A stretch of 64,000 nt of DNA. It comes from Gammaproteobacteria bacterium. GTDB lineage: Bacteria > Pseudomonadota > Gammaproteobacteria > Eutrophobiales > Eutrophobiaceae. Shown here piece by piece: positions 28,583-38,375 of the stretch. Position numbers and translations under genes: made by a program. Each line of letters opens with the position of its first letter. The stretch's first letter is position 1. The notes below the pieces were generated by a model that was not told the DNA's origin, ran no database searches, and saw only the letters and a list, made by a program, of their open reading frames with translations. The stretch is taken from assembly GCA_965116495.1 (NCBI GenBank), contig OZ220696.1:1-64000 (forward strand), in the 5' to 3' direction.

Positions 28583-29685
28583 ACAGTGAACGTAAACTAC
28601 CATTTCCCAGGTCATCCGTCGCCTCGATGCCCCCGGCCAGACCGGGCAAAATCCCGCCGGACAGGTCTGACGGATTGATAAGGCTGTCTCATAACGAATC
28701 CTCCTACGGTCCAAGTCCGCAGGCAGTGGCGGCTTACCGGTCTGCCGGCGGGCAACTGAACCGTTATCCGGACGGCGCCCAGCACGGGTTACGCCAGGCC
28801 CTGGCAGAAGCCCATAAGCTGGATATCGGCAGGATTATCTGCGGAAACGGTTCGGAAGAACTGCTTGGGTTGCTTATACGCGCCTACCTGGCAGAAGGGG
28901 ATGATCTGCTGTTGACGGAAGATCATTTCAGCATGTGTTCGATTTACGGCAGGACGCAGGGAGTGAACATTATCCCGGTCCCCGTGAATGATTACCGGAT
29001 CGACATTGCAACGGTCCTGGAGCGGATTTCAGCCGGCACCCGGATGGTCATCATCGCCAATCCCAATGTGCCCGCGGGTACCTGCCTGAGGGGGGAGGAA
29101 GTCCGGGAACTCCATAGCGGACTGCCCGGAGACGTCCTGCTGGTCATTGATGGCGCTTACATGGAATACGCTGCGCCTGCTGTCGCCGCTGCCTGTATGG
29201 ACCTGGTTGGCGCATCTGAAAACGTTGTAATGACCCGGACGTTTTCGAAGATTTACGGCCTTGCCGGGCTAAGGATCGGCTGGGCCTATTGTCCGATGCA
29301 CGTGATTGATGTCCTGCAGCGTATCCGCTCACCGTTCAATACCAATGCTGCAGCGCTTGCCGCAGCCACCGCCGCCATCCGTGACGTCGAATATATCAAT
29401 ACCCTGCGCGACAGGAATGCCGGCTCACTCAGACAGATTAGCGCAGCATTGGCTGACGCGGGACTTCGGGTTATCCCCGGTGTCGCCAATTTCTATCTTG
29501 CAGATTTTACCGGCAGTGAAAGTAAAAATGCCGCCGATGCCGCCGATTACCTTCAGTCAAGAAATATCATGCCAAGACCGGTCGACCGAACTGACACCAG
29601 GGATGTCCTGCGTGTTACGGTAGGGAACGACATTGAAAATGATGCAGTCATTACAGCCTTGATTGAATATATGTCAAAACCGTAA
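28579..29685 (+). CDS. HisC/aromatic aminotransferase-family PLP enzyme
   Basis: LSHNESSYGPS, RYPD, GNGSEE, DGAY.EY, RTFSKIYGLAGLRIGW. Confidence 0.9.
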   Translation: MNSERKLPFPRSSVASMPPARPGKIPPDRSDGLIRLSHNESSYGPSPQAVAAYRSAGGQLNRYPDGAQHGLRQALAEAHKLDIGRIICGNGSEELLGLLIRAYLAEGDDLLLTEDHFSMCSIYGRTQGVNIIPVPVNDYRIDIATVLERISAGTRMVIIANPNVPAGTCLRGEEVRELHSGLPGDVLLVIDGAYMEYAAPAVAAACMDLVGASENVVMTRTFSKIYGLAGLRIGWAYCPMHVIDVLQRIRSPFNTNAAALAAATAAIRDVEYINTLRDRNAGSLRQISAALADAGLRVIPGVANFYLADFTGSESKNAADAADYLQSRNIMPRPVDRTDTRDVLRVTVGNDIENDAVITALIEYMSKP

Positions 29686-29707
29686 CCGGCTTGATTTATA
29701 TGCAATA

Positions 29708-29784
29708 CCATTCCTGCGGAAGCAGGAATCCACAAAGGGGGTTCCTGCTTCCGCAGGAACGACGGGTGGTCGCAGGAACGACGG
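29708..29784. repeat. GTCATTCC-family REP inverted pair between convergent genes
   Basis: CATTCCTGCGGAAGCAGGAATCCA...GGTTCCTGCTTCCGCAGGAACGACG, plus a partial duplicate. Confidence 0.75.
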
Positions 29785-29792
29785 CGAAGGGA

Positions 29793-31424
29793 TCACAAAC
29801 CCCTGTTGCGGGGCAGCAGGATATAGGGCCAGGGGCTAGGCATTCCGGCGCTGGGCATTTCGATCAACACGGGGCCGGTCTCTTTGAATGCCTGTTGCAG
29901 GGCCTTTCGTAACTGCTCCGGCGTTTCCGCACGGAAACCCGGGGCGCCGAAGCTTTCCGCAAAGCGCACGAAATCCGGATTACATAAATCCGAACCGATG
30001 ACGTTTCCTCCGAATTGTTGCTGCTGGGCCCGTTGAACGTTGCCGTAGGAATGGTTGTTGAATACGATATTGACCAGGTTCAACCGGTATTTCACCGCGG
30101 TCGCCATTTCTGTTGCCTGGTACATAAAACCGCCGTCCCCGCCCAGTACCACCACTTTCCTGTCGGGGTGGGCTACCTGCACTCCCAGGGCGGTCGCATA
30201 GCCGTACCCCAGGTTCCCCTGGTAGCCGCTGCTGATGAAATGCCGGGGCCGGTACACCGGGAAACCGTACCACGAAGCATATCCCACCTGCGTGACCTCA
30301 TCCACCAGGAAGCCGTCCTCCGGCAATTCCTCCCGGATTACTTTTAAAATCTGCATTTGCGGCCCCACGTCCCGCTCGAAATTATCGAACATGCGCGCTT
30401 TCAGGCCGGTCAGTTCCTCCTTGCGTGATCGCCTGGCAACACCATGGCGCTCAAGGGCCGCAGCCAGGTTCGCCAGGGCAGATTTTGCATCTGCAACAAT
30501 GCCGATTTCCGGCCTGGCAATTTGCGCTATCTGCGCGGCATCGATATCGACACGGATGATTTTCAATTCACCGTCAAGCCCCCATTGCAGTTGCGGATTG
30601 TCCAGTCTCGTTCCAGCGGCCAGGACCACGTCAGCGTTGGCCCAGAGCTGGTGTCCGGCGCTATAGGGCTGGCTGAGATAATGCCGGTCATCCATGATTC
30701 CCTTGCCGCTCCACAGGGTAGAGCAGGGCGCTTGCAGGATTTCTGCCACCTGTTTCAGCTCCGTGCCGGCATCCACGCAACCATGGCCGATTATGATTAA
30801 CGGATTCTTTGCCTTGCCGAGCAGGCGGGCTGCCGCCTCGATCAGGTCGGGGTCGGCCCGGGGAGGTTCCGGGTCAGGGGACGGGGGAAGCAGTTCCATG
30901 TCCTGCTGCATACCCATGATATCCGGCGCCATCTCCAGGGCGACGGGACGCGGGCGCCCGGAGTTCATCTCCCGGAATGCCTTGTTGACCAGGCGCGGGG
31001 CATCGGCCGGTTTTTCTATGCGTTCCGCCCATTTTGTCAGGTGCCCCAGGAGACCCAGCTGGTCCGGTATCTCGTGCAGAAAGCCGACACCCTTGTCTAT
31101 CCAGGCCGAGGGAATTTGGCCGGCCAGGCACAGCACCCGTTCATTCCCTGCATAAGCCGTGCACAGGGCAGATGTAGTATTGAGGATGCCCGGGCCCGGC
31201 ACCACGGTGTAAACGCCCACCCTGCCGCTGGAGCGCGCATAGCCGTAAGCCATGTAGGCAATGCCCTGTTCGTGGCGAGAGTTGATAATCCTGAGGGAGT
31301 CGCCTTCGTTATATATGGCATCGAACAGGTGGTAGGTTTGTCCCCCCGGCAGGCCGAAGACTGTATCGACATCGTACCGGCGTACGGATTTGATAAGCGC
31401 TTCGGCGCCGGTCATCTTGCTCAT
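29793..31424 (-). CDS. Thiamine-diphosphate-dependent enzyme (acetolactate synthase/2-oxo-acid decarboxylase superfamily)
   Basis: VFGLPG, RHEQG, PGPG..N, GDGGFMY...FNN..YG. Confidence 0.93.
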   Translation of the reverse strand: MSKMTGAEALIKSVRRYDVDTVFGLPGGQTYHLFDAIYNEGDSLRIINSRHEQGIAYMAYGYARSSGRVGVYTVVPGPGILNTTSALCTAYAGNERVLCLAGQIPSAWIDKGVGFLHEIPDQLGLLGHLTKWAERIEKPADAPRLVNKAFREMNSGRPRPVALEMAPDIMGMQQDMELLPPSPDPEPPRADPDLIEAAARLLGKAKNPLIIIGHGCVDAGTELKQVAEILQAPCSTLWSGKGIMDDRHYLSQPYSAGHQLWANADVVLAAGTRLDNPQLQWGLDGELKIIRVDIDAAQIAQIARPEIGIVADAKSALANLAAALERHGVARRSRKEELTGLKARMFDNFERDVGPQMQILKVIREELPEDGFLVDEVTQVGYASWYGFPVYRPRHFISSGYQGNLGYGYATALGVQVAHPDRKVVVLGGDGGFMYQATEMATAVKYRLNLVNIVFNNHSYGNVQRAQQQQFGGNVIGSDLCNPDFVRFAESFGAPGFRAETPEQLRKALQQAFKETGPVLIEMPSAGMPSPWPYILLPRNRGL

Positions 31425-31544
31425 TTAATATTTCTCCTTATATCGTTTTTATAATTCGTTTTGTTGCTAATGATACGGCAGTGGTTTATAAATTTCCTGT
31501 TTAGCCGCTTTATCAAACTCTTTACTGAAACGGGAGGAGAGAAT

Positions 31545-32402
31545 ATGTCCGTAATTCTGATCACAGGCGCCAGTAGTGGATTCGGCAGGTTAACCGCATT
31601 AGCGTTCGCCCGCCAGGGTGATGCGGTATATGCAACAATGCGTGATCCTGAACAAGGACATGGGCTGCAGGATGCGGCCTCGGCAAACAACCTCCGGATG
31701 AACCTGCTTAAACTTGATGTGACCGACACCCAGACAATCCACGCTGTCGTAAAACATGTCCTGGCAGCGGAAGGAGGTATAGACGTGCTGGTGAATAATG
31801 CGGGAATTCATATTCCGGGTGCTCTGGAAGATATGCCTGAAGCCGATTTGCGTCGTGTGATGGATACCAATTTTTTTGGCGTAATCAATGTGACACGCGC
31901 GGTATTACCCGCGATGCGTAAAAAAAATTCAGGCCGGATAATCATGATGTCATCTGTAGGTGGAATGATAAGCCGTGCTACAGATTCGATATATTGTGCC
32001 AGTAAGTGGGCCCTGGAAGGGATGTCGGAAGGGTTGCGTTATGAAGTGGCGAGATTCGGGATCAGTGTATCCGTGATTGAACCCGGCGTATTCCGTACGG
32101 AAATAGGAAGCAAATACAAGGTGTCGCCTGATTATCCGCAGGCCTCGCCTTACTCCAAGTTACTTGAATTTCGTGTCGGCAAGGTGGTTGAGGACTGCAA
32201 AAACGGCGATGATCCGCAACTGGTAGCCGATTTGATCGTCAGTGTTGCAAAACAGGACAACCCGGAATTTCGTTATGTCGCCGGACAACAGGCAGAAAAA
32301 TTCCTGCCGGAATTAAAACACATGGATGCATATGAACGGCATGACTTAATACGGAGTGCGGCAGCTATAGACTGGTGGCTGGAGGGTAGGGCCCCACCCT
32401 GA
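31545..32402 (+). CDS. Short-chain dehydrogenase/reductase (copy 1)
   Basis: ITGASSGFG, LVNNAG, YCASK; SD GGAGGA supports the start at 31545. Confidence 0.93.
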   Translation: MSVILITGASSGFGRLTALAFARQGDAVYATMRDPEQGHGLQDAASANNLRMNLLKLDVTDTQTIHAVVKHVLAAEGGIDVLVNNAGIHIPGALEDMPEADLRRVMDTNFFGVINVTRAVLPAMRKKNSGRIIMMSSVGGMISRATDSIYCASKWALEGMSEGLRYEVARFGISVSVIEPGVFRTEIGSKYKVSPDYPQASPYSKLLEFRVGKVVEDCKNGDDPQLVADLIVSVAKQDNPEFRYVAGQQAEKFLPELKHMDAYERHDLIRSAAAIDWWLEGRAPP

Positions 32403-32422
32403 AACGGCTGAATGATATTTAA

Positions 32423-32503
32423 GGAAGCTCTGATCAAGTCCGTCCGGGACTTGTCAGAGCACATCCCTGTACCGTAGGAACCTCTGACTTAATCAGAGGT
32501 TCC
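32423..32503. mobile_element. 81-bp IS5-like miniature element
   Basis: 18-bp terminal inverted repeats (GGAAGCTCTGATCAAGTC / GGAACCTCTGATTAAGTC, 2 mismatches) flanked on both sides by TTAA. Confidence 0.7.
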
Positions 32504-32507
32504 TTAA

Positions 32508-33995
32508 TTACAGTGCGGTTATCACCGATTTCAGTTCGGTATATTGCTCAATTCCTTCCCAGCCGAGTTCCCGGCCCCAGCCGGATTGTTTATAACCGCC
32601 GAACGGAACGGACGGGTCCGGGATTCCATGGGCATTAATCCACAATAGCCCTGCTTTAATGTCTGCGGCGAGCCGGTGAGCCCGGTTTATGTCTTTAGTC
32701 CAGATACTGGCTGCAAGACCATAACTGGTATCATTGGCCAGGTTTTTCAAATCTGAAAGATCATCGACGCGCATCACCGATAGCACAGGACCGAATATTT
32801 CCTCCCGGAGAATTTTCATTTCATGTGAAGTATTTGCAAAGACAGTGGGTTCGAGAAAATAGCCCTGTGTGCCGATTCGTTTGCCTCCGGTCACCAGTTC
32901 ACCCCCTTCCTTGCAACCGCTGTCAATATAACGACTGACACGGTCCAGTTGCTTTGCAGAGATCAATGGTCCCATATCCGTATCAGGTGACATACCCGGA
33001 CCGACCTGGATGTTTTCAGCGAAATCGACAATACCCTGTAAAACACGATCATAAATTGCTTTTTCCACGTAAAGGCGTGAACCGGCAATGCATACCTGGC
33101 CGGCATTATTGAATATCGCCTGTGCAGTGCCTGGTACGGTATGTTCGAGATCTGCATCGGCAAATACAAACATGGGGGACTTGCCGCCAAGCTCCAGTGA
33201 TACTTTTTTCAGGTTGCCCGCGGCGGACTGGAGAATTTTTCTGCCGACCTCGGTTGAGCCGGTAAATGCAATCTTGTCGATACCGCTATGACGACTGATT
33301 GCCTCACCGGCACTTTCTCCCAGGCCGGGGACAATATTGACCACACCCGCCGGCAGGCCGGCTTCGAGAAACAGTTCACCAAGTTTCAATGCGGTCAACG
33401 GTGTTTCTTCGGACGGCTTGAAAACGGAGGTACATCCGGCTGCCAATGCGGGTGCAAGTTTCCAGGAAGCCGCTGTTACGGGACCGTTCCATGGGACTAT
33501 CTGGCCTACAACTCCTACCGGCTCATATTGTGTGTAGGCGTGAAACTGCCTCCCTGCCACTGATAATTGCGGTGTTTTGCCTTCGATTTTGTTACTCCAA
33601 CCGCCATAGTATCGAAAGGTCCTGGCGGCAAAAGGTATATCACCGTTTTTCGCGGCAAGATAGGGCTTGCCGTTTTCCAGGGTAGTCAATTCAGCCAGCG
33701 TGTCGGTGTTCTGTTCGATCAGATCGGCAATTCGCCAAAGCAGTTGCCCGCGCTCCGTCGGTGTCATGCCATTCCATTCCGGACTTTCAAACGCCGCGCG
33801 CGCCGCTGCAACGGCACGATCTATATCATCAGCAGCGGCCACAAAAACCCTGGCAAAAGGCCGGCCGGTCGCGGGATTAATTACGTCGAGAACGTCTTTA
33901 TTGGTCGACTCGACCCAGTTTCCCCCGATCAGCATAGGCCGGGCTGTCTGCAGAAACTGATTAACTTCCTCGTTTGGCGAGAATATGCCGGCCAT
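32508..33995 (-). CDS. Aldehyde dehydrogenase (aromatic-aldehyde-like)
   Basis: IVPWN, FTGSTEVG, LELGGKSP, GQVCIAGSR, EEIFGPV, PFGGYKQSG. Confidence 0.96.
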   Translation of the reverse strand: MAGIFSPNEEVNQFLQTARPMLIGGNWVESTNKDVLDVINPATGRPFARVFVAAADDIDRAVAAARAAFESPEWNGMTPTERGQLLWRIADLIEQNTDTLAELTTLENGKPYLAAKNGDIPFAARTFRYYGGWSNKIEGKTPQLSVAGRQFHAYTQYEPVGVVGQIVPWNGPVTAASWKLAPALAAGCTSVFKPSEETPLTALKLGELFLEAGLPAGVVNIVPGLGESAGEAISRHSGIDKIAFTGSTEVGRKILQSAAGNLKKVSLELGGKSPMFVFADADLEHTVPGTAQAIFNNAGQVCIAGSRLYVEKAIYDRVLQGIVDFAENIQVGPGMSPDTDMGPLISAKQLDRVSRYIDSGCKEGGELVTGGKRIGTQGYFLEPTVFANTSHEMKILREEIFGPVLSVMRVDDLSDLKNLANDTSYGLAASIWTKDINRAHRLAADIKAGLLWINAHGIPDPSVPFGGYKQSGWGRELGWEGIEQYTELKSVITAL

Positions 33996-35569
33996 CACAG
34001 TTCATCTTCCGCCAGGCCAAAATCTTCCAGCATGACATTGGCGGTTACCATACCCATTGCCGTTATGCCTCCGCCGGGATGGCAGGACGCGCCGGTCATA
34101 TACAGGTTTTTGATCGGCGAACGGTATTGGGAGTATCCTGGTACCGGCCTGAAATAACCGGATTGCGCCAGCGTCCTTTCTCCACCATTAGTAGTGCCGC
34201 CGACAAGGCAGGGATTCGCCATCTCGATTGTTTCAGGTGTGTCAATGTAGTAGCCAAGAATATTGCTGTCATCCATATTGCCGGTATATTGTCTGAACCT
34301 GGTGAGTAATGTATCGGCAAAACTCTCCTTTATCTCGTCCCATTGCCGACCCTCGGCCAGTTTATTTGGCACGAAGGTATCGAGAATCAGGGTATGTTTT
34401 CCATCCGGGGCACGGCCTGGATCGAGTATAGTCCAGCATGCCGCCCAGACAAACGGGTTAGCGGGCGGTAACCCCAGGGCAATGTCGGAATACTGATCCT
34501 GCAGCGCATCCGTTGACAAAAAGATCCTTTGAAAAGACGTTTTTTCCATTTCCATGCCATTCAGGAATTCCGGCGCTGCATTAATCGCATAGTGCACGCG
34601 GAATACGCCGATGTTACCGAAGGAAAACCCTTTGACCATGGATATAAAGTCACTGTGAAGTATCCCGTCATCAACCAGGTGTAAAAAACTTTGCCTTGGG
34701 TCAAGTGACGTTACCGTGGCCATTCCAGCCAGAATTTCACTGCCGTCTTCCAGCTTCAAGCCTTTGGCTTCATTGTTGCGGACAATAAATTTATCTACCG
34801 GCGCATCGACTGCTACCCTGCCGCCATGTGCTTTAACGTATCGGGCAAGGGCTTCGGCCAGCACCTGGCTGCCACCTTCAGGAATTGACTGACCATAGAC
34901 ATGGATGCCGGGGATCATAATATAAAAAGTCTGCCCAACTGCCTCCTGTTCCGGTGTAATCTGCGGAGCTATTGCCCAACCGAGAATAAAATTCCGTACA
35001 TGAGGGTTTTCAAAATTTTCCGATACGTATGCCTTCGCACTGAGATTGTAATTTCTCAGCATCTTCAATCCTTCCGGACTGTTCTCCATTACCGCCGGCA
35101 GAAAGCTCGGCGGAGACGGCGGAGAAAACATCCCCTTGATAAAACCATCCTTTATTTCAATAAAACCATCGAATATCTCGCGGTAACGCCGTGCATCTTT
35201 CTTTGAATATTCTGCGATACTGTCACAGGTCTTGTTGATATCCTTGTACACAATAATACCCGGGCCGTCTTTATTGGGATGTCCGGTGATGTGGTCGGAC
35301 GCATAGATATATTTCAGGCCATACTGCGCAAGTTCAGGTTCCAGTTTTTTAAAATAAGGGTTGGCATGAATCCAGACATGGCTTGACCCGAACAGGTCGT
35401 GCTTGAATCCGGGCAATGTGACTTCTTTTGTCATGGTGGCGCCACCGACACAGTGATTCCTTTCTGCAACAAAAACCTTCAAACCGGCTTTTGACAATTG
35501 CGCGGCACAGGCCAGGGCATTATGACCCCCGCCTGCGATCGCTACATCGAAGTCATATGTATCAGTCAT
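33995..35569 (-). CDS. Phytoene-dehydrogenase-like (COG1233) FAD oxidoreductase, paralogue A
   Basis: GGGHNAL, ER..VGGA, APDGKHT, LYMTGASCHPGGG. Confidence 0.9.
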   Translation of the reverse strand: MTDTYDFDVAIAGGGHNALACAAQLSKAGLKVFVAERNHCVGGATMTKEVTLPGFKHDLFGSSHVWIHANPYFKKLEPELAQYGLKYIYASDHITGHPNKDGPGIIVYKDINKTCDSIAEYSKKDARRYREIFDGFIEIKDGFIKGMFSPPSPPSFLPAVMENSPEGLKMLRNYNLSAKAYVSENFENPHVRNFILGWAIAPQITPEQEAVGQTFYIMIPGIHVYGQSIPEGGSQVLAEALARYVKAHGGRVAVDAPVDKFIVRNNEAKGLKLEDGSEILAGMATVTSLDPRQSFLHLVDDGILHSDFISMVKGFSFGNIGVFRVHYAINAAPEFLNGMEMEKTSFQRIFLSTDALQDQYSDIALGLPPANPFVWAACWTILDPGRAPDGKHTLILDTFVPNKLAEGRQWDEIKESFADTLLTRFRQYTGNMDDSNILGYYIDTPETIEMANPCLVGGTTNGGERTLAQSGYFRPVPGYSQYRSPIKNLYMTGASCHPGGGITAMGMVTANVMLEDFGLAEDEL

Positions 35570-35643
35570 TGTTTAATATAATGATAATAATCACTAATTT
35601 GCCTGTATTATGGCTATAGTTTTGCTGACAGGGCAACCATTGT

Positions 35644-37209
35644 ATGTCTGAGTATGACATTGTACTAGTGGGGGGTGGCCACAATTCGCTGGCCTGTGCT
35701 GCAGTATTGTCAAAGGCAGGACTCAAGGTGCTGGTTGCTGAACGTAATGCATGGCTGGGCGGCGGCGCAGTCACACAGGAGCTTACCCTTCCCGGATTTA
35801 AATCTGATTTATTCGGGTCAAACCACGTCTGGATCCACGCAAATCCGCAAATCAGTGATTTACTGCCGGAGTTGGAGCAGTATGGGCTCAAGTACCTGTG
35901 GGCGGATGACGAAATCATGGGCCATCCCATGCAGGAAGGTCCGGGTATCGTTGTATTCAGGGACGTGGACAAAACCTGCGATAGTATTGCTGAGTATTCC
36001 AGGAAAGACGCAGCTCGATATCGCGATATACACGACGGATTCGTCGAGATTAAAGATGGATTTGTAAAAAATATGTTCTCGCCACCTGTTCCCCCAAGTT
36101 ACATGCCGGCAAGCATGGAGAAAAATCCTGACGGGCTGAAAATGTTACGTAACTACAACCTCAGCGCCAGGGCATTTGTCATGGAAAACTTTGAAAACCC
36201 GAATGTTCAGGCCTTTTTAATCAGTTGGGCGCTCGGGCCAAATATCAAACCAACCCAGCAAGGGGCGGGTTCGATTTTTTATATCATGATTCCGGCTATT
36301 CATGTTTACGGACAGGCAATTCCTGAAGGTGGAAGTATGGAACTGCCCAAAGCACTGGCCAGGTATGTCGAAGCCCATGGTGGCAACGTCCTGACCAACT
36401 CTCCCGTATCCCGGATCATCATTCGTGACGGACAGGCAAAAGCGATACGACTCGAAGATAATACCGAGATTCATGCAAGGAAGGCAGTGGTTACCACGCT
36501 GGAGCCTAAACAGACTTTTCTGCGCCTGGTCGACAGGGCACACCTGGAAGATGATTTTATCCGTATGGTGGAAAATTTTGCATTTGGCGACGTGGCCTCA
36601 TTTCGCGTCCACTTTGCGCTGCGTGAAGCGCCGGAATTTATTGGTGATGAATTATTGAGCAAGGCCCCGTTTCAACGAACAATTGTGCCTCTTCAGGAAA
36701 TAGACAGGCATTTTGCAAACATCTCGGTCGGTGCGGCGCCCGCTGGTCCGCCGGTCCACTGTCATTGCTGGACACTGCGTGACCCGACGCGTGCGCCGGA
36801 AGGAAAACACACATTTATGATTGATACATTCGTGCCGAGTAAACTGCGCGACAGAGACTGGTCAGATTACAAATCGGAATATTCGGAAGAGTTGCTCAAA
36901 ACGCTGCGCAGGTTTTCAACCAATATGTCAGATGGCAATATCATGGCGCAATATCCGCATTCGCCTGATGATATGGAGGCGCTTAATCCGTGTTTTGTCG
37001 GTGGAGTGCCCTCCGGCGGAGAACGGACGATTGCGCAACTTGGTTATTTCCGCCCGTTTCCGGGATATTCTCAATATCGCTCACCAATCAGGAACCTGTA
37101 CATGGCCGGACCCTCCTGTCATCCAGGTGGCGGTATCAGCGGTATGGGAGTAATCACTGCCAATATCATGTTAAAAGATTTCGGACTGGTTGATGACGAT
37201 GATCTTTAA
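35644..37209 (+). CDS. Phytoene-dehydrogenase-like (COG1233) FAD oxidoreductase, paralogue B
   Basis: GGGHNSL, ER..LGGG, APEGKHT, LYMAGPSCHPGGG. Confidence 0.9.
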   Translation: MSEYDIVLVGGGHNSLACAAVLSKAGLKVLVAERNAWLGGGAVTQELTLPGFKSDLFGSNHVWIHANPQISDLLPELEQYGLKYLWADDEIMGHPMQEGPGIVVFRDVDKTCDSIAEYSRKDAARYRDIHDGFVEIKDGFVKNMFSPPVPPSYMPASMEKNPDGLKMLRNYNLSARAFVMENFENPNVQAFLISWALGPNIKPTQQGAGSIFYIMIPAIHVYGQAIPEGGSMELPKALARYVEAHGGNVLTNSPVSRIIIRDGQAKAIRLEDNTEIHARKAVVTTLEPKQTFLRLVDRAHLEDDFIRMVENFAFGDVASFRVHFALREAPEFIGDELLSKAPFQRTIVPLQEIDRHFANISVGAAPAGPPVHCHCWTLRDPTRAPEGKHTFMIDTFVPSKLRDRDWSDYKSEYSEELLKTLRRFSTNMSDGNIMAQYPHSPDDMEALNPCFVGGVPSGGERTIAQLGYFRPFPGYSQYRSPIRNLYMAGPSCHPGGGISGMGVITANIMLKDFGLVDDDDL

Positions 37210-38224
37210 TGGAAAGCTCTCAATAAAACATCTGACCGGTATGTTGCTGTCAATCAGTGTGTTTATGAATTACGCCCATGCCGCAGACACGTTGAATGAA
37301 ATCTTGTCCCGGGGCTATCTGCGTTGCGGTATTACCGAATCAGGCCCCGGCTTCAGTTATATCAATGACGATGGAGAGCGTGTTGGTTTTGAAATTGACC
37401 ATTGCAAGACAATGGCAGCGGCGGTATTTGGAAAACTTGAACTTGAGTATGTAATTGTCACACCGCAAACCGCGTTTACCTTGTTACAATCCGGTGGTAT
37501 TGATATTTTTCCTGCAGGCGCAACGCTCTCTTTTTTGCGTGATACCAGGATGGGGCTGGATTTTGCCGGTGTGTACTATTATGGCGGACAGGGATTTATG
37601 GTCAGAAAAGATAGTGGCGTCAACAACGTGGTTGAACTGGAGAATGCTACAATTTGCATTACCCAGGGCACTACCCTGGAACAAAATACGGCAGATTATT
37701 TCGGTGCGCGCCGGTTAAAATATGAGCCGGTCACATTTACCAGTGTCGAAAAGGCAATGGAGGCATACCATACCGACCGGTGTGACGCGGTTACCATGCA
37801 GCGGGCGGCGCTCGCCGCCCGTTTGGCATCGATGCCGGACCGAAACGAACATGTCATTCTGTCCGAAATGATATCCAAAGAACCGCAAGGCGCCCTGGTG
37901 CGTCAGGGTGACCCGCGCTGGCGGGATATTTCTTTCTGGTCCTTCAACGTTCGCCTTGCCGCAGAGGAACTGGGCATTAACCAGGAGAATGTGACGGAAA
38001 TCAGGGAGAATTCAGAAAATCCGGAAGTACAGAGGTTGTTGGGCGTATATGATAATTTTGGTGAGACCCTCGGCCTCAATAATGATTGGGCCTATAACAT
38101 TATCTACCTGGTGGGAAATTACCAGGATATCTGGCAACGTAACCTGGCACCCGTCGGTCTTGAGCGGGGACCAAATGCATTGTGGGCGGATGGCGGGATA
38201 ATGATCGCTTTACCATTCAGGTGA
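37190..38224 (+). CDS. AapJ-like substrate-binding protein (copy 2; start uncertain)
   Basis: Same motifs as 25318-26346 (LRCGI, IDHCKT, GTTLEQN, ISKEP, LPFR end). Confidence 0.9.
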   Translation: MMTMIFNGKLSIKHLTGMLLSISVFMNYAHAADTLNEILSRGYLRCGITESGPGFSYINDDGERVGFEIDHCKTMAAAVFGKLELEYVIVTPQTAFTLLQSGGIDIFPAGATLSFLRDTRMGLDFAGVYYYGGQGFMVRKDSGVNNVVELENATICITQGTTLEQNTADYFGARRLKYEPVTFTSVEKAMEAYHTDRCDAVTMQRAALAARLASMPDRNEHVILSEMISKEPQGALVRQGDPRWRDISFWSFNVRLAAEELGINQENVTEIRENSENPEVQRLLGVYDNFGETLGLNNDWAYNIIYLVGNYQDIWQRNLAPVGLERGPNALWADGGIMIALPFR

Positions 38225-38375
38225 ACGCAGCATGAAACTATACGGTACGGCTGCATCACCGTTTGTTGCCCGGGTGCGGATCCAGATATACAGAAAGAAA
38301 TTGCCGGTTGAAATTCTGGCGGAAATGGAAACGGCGATACGGGCACGATAGGCGCTTCATTCTTATGAAAAAATC

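Noticed and set aside
33995-37209. Carotenoid biosynthesis (crtI)
   Set aside because: No crtB/crtE nearby, and the context is catabolic
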